Of a DNA stretch of 64,000 nucleotides, positions 60,255 through 64,000 are shown in pieces (the first letter of the stretch is position 1; each line of letters starts with the position of its first letter). The notes under the pieces were generated by a model. It saw only the letters and a program-made list of their open reading frames with translations, was not told where the DNA came from and made no database searches. Both the position numbers and the translations under genes were made by a program. This DNA comes from an uncultured Acetatifactor sp. Its GTDB lineage: Bacteria; Bacillota; Clostridia; Lachnospirales; Lachnospiraceae. Location of the stretch: positions 3,472-67,471 of the forward strand of contig CAJUCE010000026.1 of the NCBI GenBank assembly GCA_910584865.1, read 5' to 3'.

Positions 60255-60323
60255 TTGATTAGTGGCAATGCAGACCGAAGCGAGAGCTGAATTCCGGTGA
60301 CCGGATTCGGCGCAAGGAGGCAT

Positions 60324-60695
60324 ATGAAGCTCAATACATCAAAGATAACTGTCCCTGGCCTGTGGGATGTGATACGGGCATATGAGGGAAAACAATTTCT
60401 GACCAAAAAAGGACTTCCGTTTACGTATACCATTAAAGGCGGGGAGTTATTTACGGACAGAAGAGAACGATCCATCACCAGAAGCACCTTTGAAAAGGCA
60501 TACGAAAAGCTGATTCAGGATCAGACAGGGAACAATGCGCCGAAAAAAATCGTAGGGCCCAAGACACTGAATGTATACGGCGCTCCTTATGTATGGGCGG
60601 TATTTATGGGAATCGGATTAATCGAGGAAGCGCTTTATATTCAGGAAAAAATAGACATTTCTGTCCCGGAACCGGAAGACGGAAACAGCATATAA
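60324..60695 (+). CDS. Hypothetical protein
   Basis: AAGGAGG RBS, own promoter, intact ORF. Confidence 0.7.
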   Translation: MKLNTSKITVPGLWDVIRAYEGKQFLTKKGLPFTYTIKGGELFTDRRERSITRSTFEKAYEKLIQDQTGNNAPKKIVGPKTLNVYGAPYVWAVFMGIGLIEEALYIQEKIDISVPEPEDGNSI

Positions 60696-60807
60696 GCGTT
60701 TTTTCGCTGATCATAGGGTTCATGGTCTGGAGCCGGCAGAGGCCTGCACAAAGGTGCAGGTCTTAGCATAGTGCAGATACGGAATAGGAGACAAGGAGGG
60801 AAGCATT

Positions 60808-61767
60808 ATGTTGAAAGTAGGAATGGTAGGAATCGGCGGAATCAGCGGGGCGCATATTCCTGCATGGGAAGCCATGGAGGAGACGACTCTGGAAGCGCTT
60901 TGCGATATTCGTCCCGAACGTTTGGAGCCATATCCGGACAAACGCCTGTATACGGATTTTGAGGAAATGTTGGACGCGGAACAGTTGGATATACTTGATA
61001 TCTGTCTGCCTACATATCTCCATGCGGATTATGCCATCCGTGCTATGGAGCGGGGAATACATGTGATCTGCGAAAAGCCCGTTTCCCTGAAGGAAGAGGA
61101 TGTGGAACGGGTGTATGAGGCTGCCGGCAGAAATCATGTGAGCTTCATGGTGGCACATGTGCTGCGCTTCTGGCCGGAATATGAGTTGCTGAAGGAAATT
61201 TATGACACAGGAAAGTATGGAAAGCTGCTTTCCGGTTCCATGAGCCGTCTGGGCGGAATTCCCAAGTGGAGCTGGGATAACTGGATGGCAGATGAGAAAC
61301 GCAGCGGCCTGGTGCCGTTTGATCTCCATATTCACGATCTGGACTTTTTGGTGTATGCTTTCGGGGCTCCGAAGAATACACAGATTCACCGTTCAAAGCG
61401 GCCGGATCAAGACTATTTGAGCGTAGTATATGAATTCTCGGATTTTTTTGTTACCACGGAGGCTTCCTGGTATGCGGCGCCCTATCCTTTTACGGCTTCC
61501 TTCCGTTTCCAGTTCGAGAAGGCCATTCTCGCCTATGAAAAGGGACAGTGCATACTGTATGAGAAGGACGGAAACGTAACGGATCTCACAGCGGCGGCAG
61601 AAGGGGACACAGGTGGGATCAATCTGCCGAAGAGCGACGCATATGCCAATGAGATTCGTTATTTTACGGATTGCGTTCTGGAGCATCGTTTTCCGGAGCG
61701 GATAAAGGCACAGGAGCTGAGTCAGGTTATTCGGATTTTGAATAATCTGCATCCGGCATATAAGTGA
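60808..61767 (+). CDS. Gfo/Idh/MocA-family oxidoreductase
   Basis: GIGGIS Rossmann motif, CEKP, DLHIHD. Confidence 0.92.
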   Translation: MLKVGMVGIGGISGAHIPAWEAMEETTLEALCDIRPERLEPYPDKRLYTDFEEMLDAEQLDILDICLPTYLHADYAIRAMERGIHVICEKPVSLKEEDVERVYEAAGRNHVSFMVAHVLRFWPEYELLKEIYDTGKYGKLLSGSMSRLGGIPKWSWDNWMADEKRSGLVPFDLHIHDLDFLVYAFGAPKNTQIHRSKRPDQDYLSVVYEFSDFFVTTEASWYAAPYPFTASFRFQFEKAILAYEKGQCILYEKDGNVTDLTAAAEGDTGGINLPKSDAYANEIRYFTDCVLEHRFPERIKAQELSQVIRILNNLHPAYK

Positions 61768-62101
61768 TTTATATCCTTTTCGTAGTCGTCATACTTCCGG
61801 AATACCTGACGGACCAGGGAATCTACCCAGACGGAATCATGCTTCTGCAGTTTTCAGCAGGACCAGATCTTCGAAACCAATTTGGTAAGCTTCAAGACGG
61901 GTGCTGGAATGCGCCTCATGGAAGCCGGGATACATGGTGGGGGCATCTCCTGCGGGGAGTATATAACATGCTGCCAGGCAAGTGTCAAGGATAGTTTTTG
62001 CCGCATTTGGACGAGTGCTGTGTCCTTCGAGGCCGGAAAACAGCCTGGAAAGCCGAGGATGAAAAGGTGCCGGAAAAATTTAGAAAAATTACAATAAACT
62101 A

Positions 62102-62130
62102 TTGACAGCGAGGTCATTTCGGTGTAAAAT
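62102..62130 (+). promoter_or_regulatory. tRNA operon promoter
   Basis: TTGACA-17 bp-TAAAAT. Confidence 0.75.
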
Positions 62131-62155
62131 ATTCTATGTTGTGACAGAGCAGTGT

Positions 62156-62226
62156 GCAGGTGTGGTTCAATGGTAGAACACCAGCCTTCCAAGCTGGATA
62201 CGTGGGTTCGATTCCCATCACCTGCT
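62156..62226 (+). tRNA. tRNA-Gly (TCC)
   Basis: Acceptor stem GCAGGTG/CACCTGC, anticodon loop CTTCCAA, GGTTCGATTCC T-arm; no encoded CCA. Confidence 0.95.
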
Positions 62227-62250
62227 TTTGCAAAAAGAAATTTGTATTAT

Positions 62251-62323
62251 GCGATAGTGGCTCAGTTGGTAGAGCGCCACCTTGCCAAGGTGGAAACCGC
62301 GGGTTCGAGTCCCGTCTATCGCT
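62251..62323 (+). tRNA. tRNA-Gly (GCC)
   Basis: Acceptor stem GCGATAG/CTATCGC, anticodon loop CTTGCCAA, GGTTCGAGTCC T-arm. Confidence 0.95.
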
Positions 62324-62334
62324 CGTGTTAAAGC

Positions 62335-62374
62335 ATGGCGGAAGCCCATAAAATGTGGGTTTCCGCTGTTTTTT
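62335..62374 (+). terminator. Terminator between the tRNAs and the integrase
   Basis: ATGGCGGAAGCCCATA / TGTGGGTTTCCGCTGT stem followed by a T-run. Confidence 0.7.
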
Positions 62375-62401
62375 GTGTACATGTGTTCTGATTACATTTG
62401 A

Positions 62402-63712
62402 TTACACTTTATCCCGTGAAAGCGCACGCTCGATATTCTCATGTGTCCGGGCATCCGTTTCCCGGTTGTAGCAATAATTATGGAAAGTCGTGCGCTCGTC
62501 TTCATGCCCCACCAGCTCGCGGATTTTGTCGATGTTGATTTCACCGGAGTCTATCAGTGCGCTGATGTAGGTCTTGCGGATTTTGTGCATGGTCTTCACC
62601 GTGGCCATGGTATGGCTGCAATATTTCCTTATCCGGCAGTTGAGCGCTCCGGCATGGATGCGCTTTCCGTCCTTTCCCAGGAAGATGTATTCCGAATCCT
62701 GGAAGCCGTGTCCGGCGTTCCATTCCCGTATCATCTCCAGAATCTTCCTTGCATCCTGTACAAGGTCAACATTCCGGTTTCCGGCCTCGGACTTCGTATG
62801 CTCCACAACACGGTATCCGGCGCTTTTCCATGTCCCGTCAGGGAGCTGCCGGTGCATCTTCTGCTCCATGCGCTGGATGTGGATGCAGCCGATTCTCTCT
62901 TCATCGATGTCAGACCATTTCAGGGCGACCATCTCCCCCAGCCGGGCCCCCAGCTGGAAACAGAGCGCAATCCCCAGGCAGGCGGAATAATCGTTTTCGT
63001 AGAAGTCGTTCCATGCCTCTTTTTCAACTAGGGGCTGCTCGTCCGTCATGAACACCTGGCTTTCGTTGGGCTTCTTCCTGACGGTGCGGAACATTTTTGT
63101 CTGGACTTTTACAGCCGAAAACGGGTTCGCCGCAAGCATACCTTTGTCCACGGCCAACGCCAGGGCCTGGCGAATGATGACGGTAGCGTTATAATACTGC
63201 GTCTTCGTCAGGGAGTTGTCCCTGATAAGGGAGTGGGCCCATTCGTCCAGCGTCACCCTGTCCAGCTCCACAAGGGGTATCTTCGTGATTTCCGTCCCCT
63301 GGTAGAAGCGTTTCCAGTCATCGTCTATCCGCCGTATATAGGATGTGGCATCCGTATGGAGCGACTTGTAGCGCAGCCATTCCGGATAGAAGCTGGCAAG
63401 GGTTTCTTTCCGCCGCCCATGGGCCTCTTCCTGTTCCTTATAGTAGCCGATGATTTCATGATGGATTTTCTCTTCCGAGCTTTTGGCGATTAGCCGCCTC
63501 CCTTTCTTCTTCGCTGCATCCGGCAGATAGGTGTACCAGCGTCCGTTGCTTTCACCTTGCCATATAGTACTGAATTCCTTGATGTGCTTCTGGATAATCT
63601 CTTTCCTGTCCATATCTTCCTTTACCTTATCCAGCACATTCCCTACATCATTAAGATTATACCCCTCTTGCAGTAATTGCAAGAGGAAGTTTTCGATTGT
63701 CGTCTTTTCCAT
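62402..63712 (-). CDS. Tyrosine recombinase/integrase
   Basis: GARLGE (R), HTKS (K), HKIRKT (HxxR), VGH, NYCY (Y). Confidence 0.93.
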   Translation of the reverse strand: MEKTTIENFLLQLLQEGYNLNDVGNVLDKVKEDMDRKEIIQKHIKEFSTIWQGESNGRWYTYLPDAAKKKGRRLIAKSSEEKIHHEIIGYYKEQEEAHGRRKETLASFYPEWLRYKSLHTDATSYIRRIDDDWKRFYQGTEITKIPLVELDRVTLDEWAHSLIRDNSLTKTQYYNATVIIRQALALAVDKGMLAANPFSAVKVQTKMFRTVRKKPNESQVFMTDEQPLVEKEAWNDFYENDYSACLGIALCFQLGARLGEMVALKWSDIDEERIGCIHIQRMEQKMHRQLPDGTWKSAGYRVVEHTKSEAGNRNVDLVQDARKILEMIREWNAGHGFQDSEYIFLGKDGKRIHAGALNCRIRKYCSHTMATVKTMHKIRKTYISALIDSGEINIDKIRELVGHEDERTTFHNYCYNRETDARTHENIERALSRDKV

Positions 63713-63741
63713 TGCCCTTTGTCATGCAATGGGACTGTATC

Positions 63742-63792
63742 TAAGTTTTAGGATTTAGGTTTCTAGGGTTTAGGTTTTTAGGTTTTAAGTAT
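63742..63792. repeat. Array of seven 7-8-bp TAGGTTT-like repeats
   Basis: TAAGTTT TAGGATT TAGGTTTC TAGGGTT TAGGTTTT TAGGTTT TAAGTAT. Confidence 0.85.
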
Positions 63793-63820
63793 TTGCGTCC
63801 CGTAATGCGCATCTCCTTTC

Positions 63821-64000
63821 TTAAGAGTTCGTAGAGGCAGAAGCGTCATTTTCCGCCATTTCATGCAGCAAATCGTCTATTTCCTTATGGTCTGCCTCCG
63901 AATAGATGCCGTATCCGTCCAGCGGGCAGGGAGGCAGTGGTTTGTCGTTCCGCCAGTTCCACCTGTCAACTACCAGCCTTTCGGGGAGGACGACAGTCCC
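63821..64000 (-). CDS. Partial CDS (3' end) of the integrated element
   Basis: Open frame to the window edge: ...GTVVLPERLVVDRWNWRNDKPLPPCPLDGYGIYSEADHKEIDDLLHEMAENDASASTNS*. Confidence 0.55.
   Translation of the reverse strand, partial: GTVVLPERLVVDRWNWRNDKPLPPCPLDGYGIYSEADHKEIDDLLHEMAENDASASTNS

Larger units (their letters stand above)
62324..64000. mobile_element. Left edge of an integrated element at tRNA-Gly(GCC)
   Basis: Intact integrase converging on the tRNA 3' end; continues past the window edge. Confidence 0.7.

Noticed and set aside
63749..63785. Telomere-like repeat or eukaryotic contamination; also a 23-aa ORF across the array
   Set aside because: Units are degenerate and embedded in bacterial integrase context; the AAGGAG abuts the ATG with no spacing.
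1..64000. CRISPR array
   Set aside because: All repeats seen are contiguous tandem units without unique spacers, and there are no cas genes.

Overview
Chromosomal window from a probable Clostridia/Lachnospiraceae-type gut bacterium (inferred from gene content, Gram-positive-style RBSs and lipoproteins, and tRNAs lacking an encoded CCA). Positions ~1-8.3 kb are a decayed, partly AT-rich accessory island: a hydrolase plus remnants of Schlafen/AlbA_2, flavodoxin, DUF1016, a Tn554-like recombinase/DUF6262, DUF4405 and ApbE, with nonsense codons, frameshifts and internal deletions. Positions ~8.5-62 kb are mostly intact core and metabolic genes: GH13 lipoprotein, galK-galT, MATE, PepSY lipoprotein, sulfatase, a two-component system with ABC exporter, MCP plus solute-binding protein, pcp, tldD-pmbA, patatin, ABC-F, clpS-clpA-aat, uppP, VanW-HypE-Lrp-aminotransferase-trmL, a GPH transporter and a Gld-type ABC system, with several gene scars between them. 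The window ends in two tRNA-Gly genes abutted by a tyrosine integrase, the edge of an integrated element. I found no CRISPR array or rRNA and cannot support a single, clearly new system. The best leads are: a stand-alone EF-Tu domain II protein with an amphipathic N-terminus; an intact clpS-clpA-aat N-degron operon in a Firmicute; a CTAG-flanked MITE-like element; an uncalled 35-aa membrane peptide; and a heptamer repeat array in the integrated element. All family assignments come from motif recognition by eye, not database searches.
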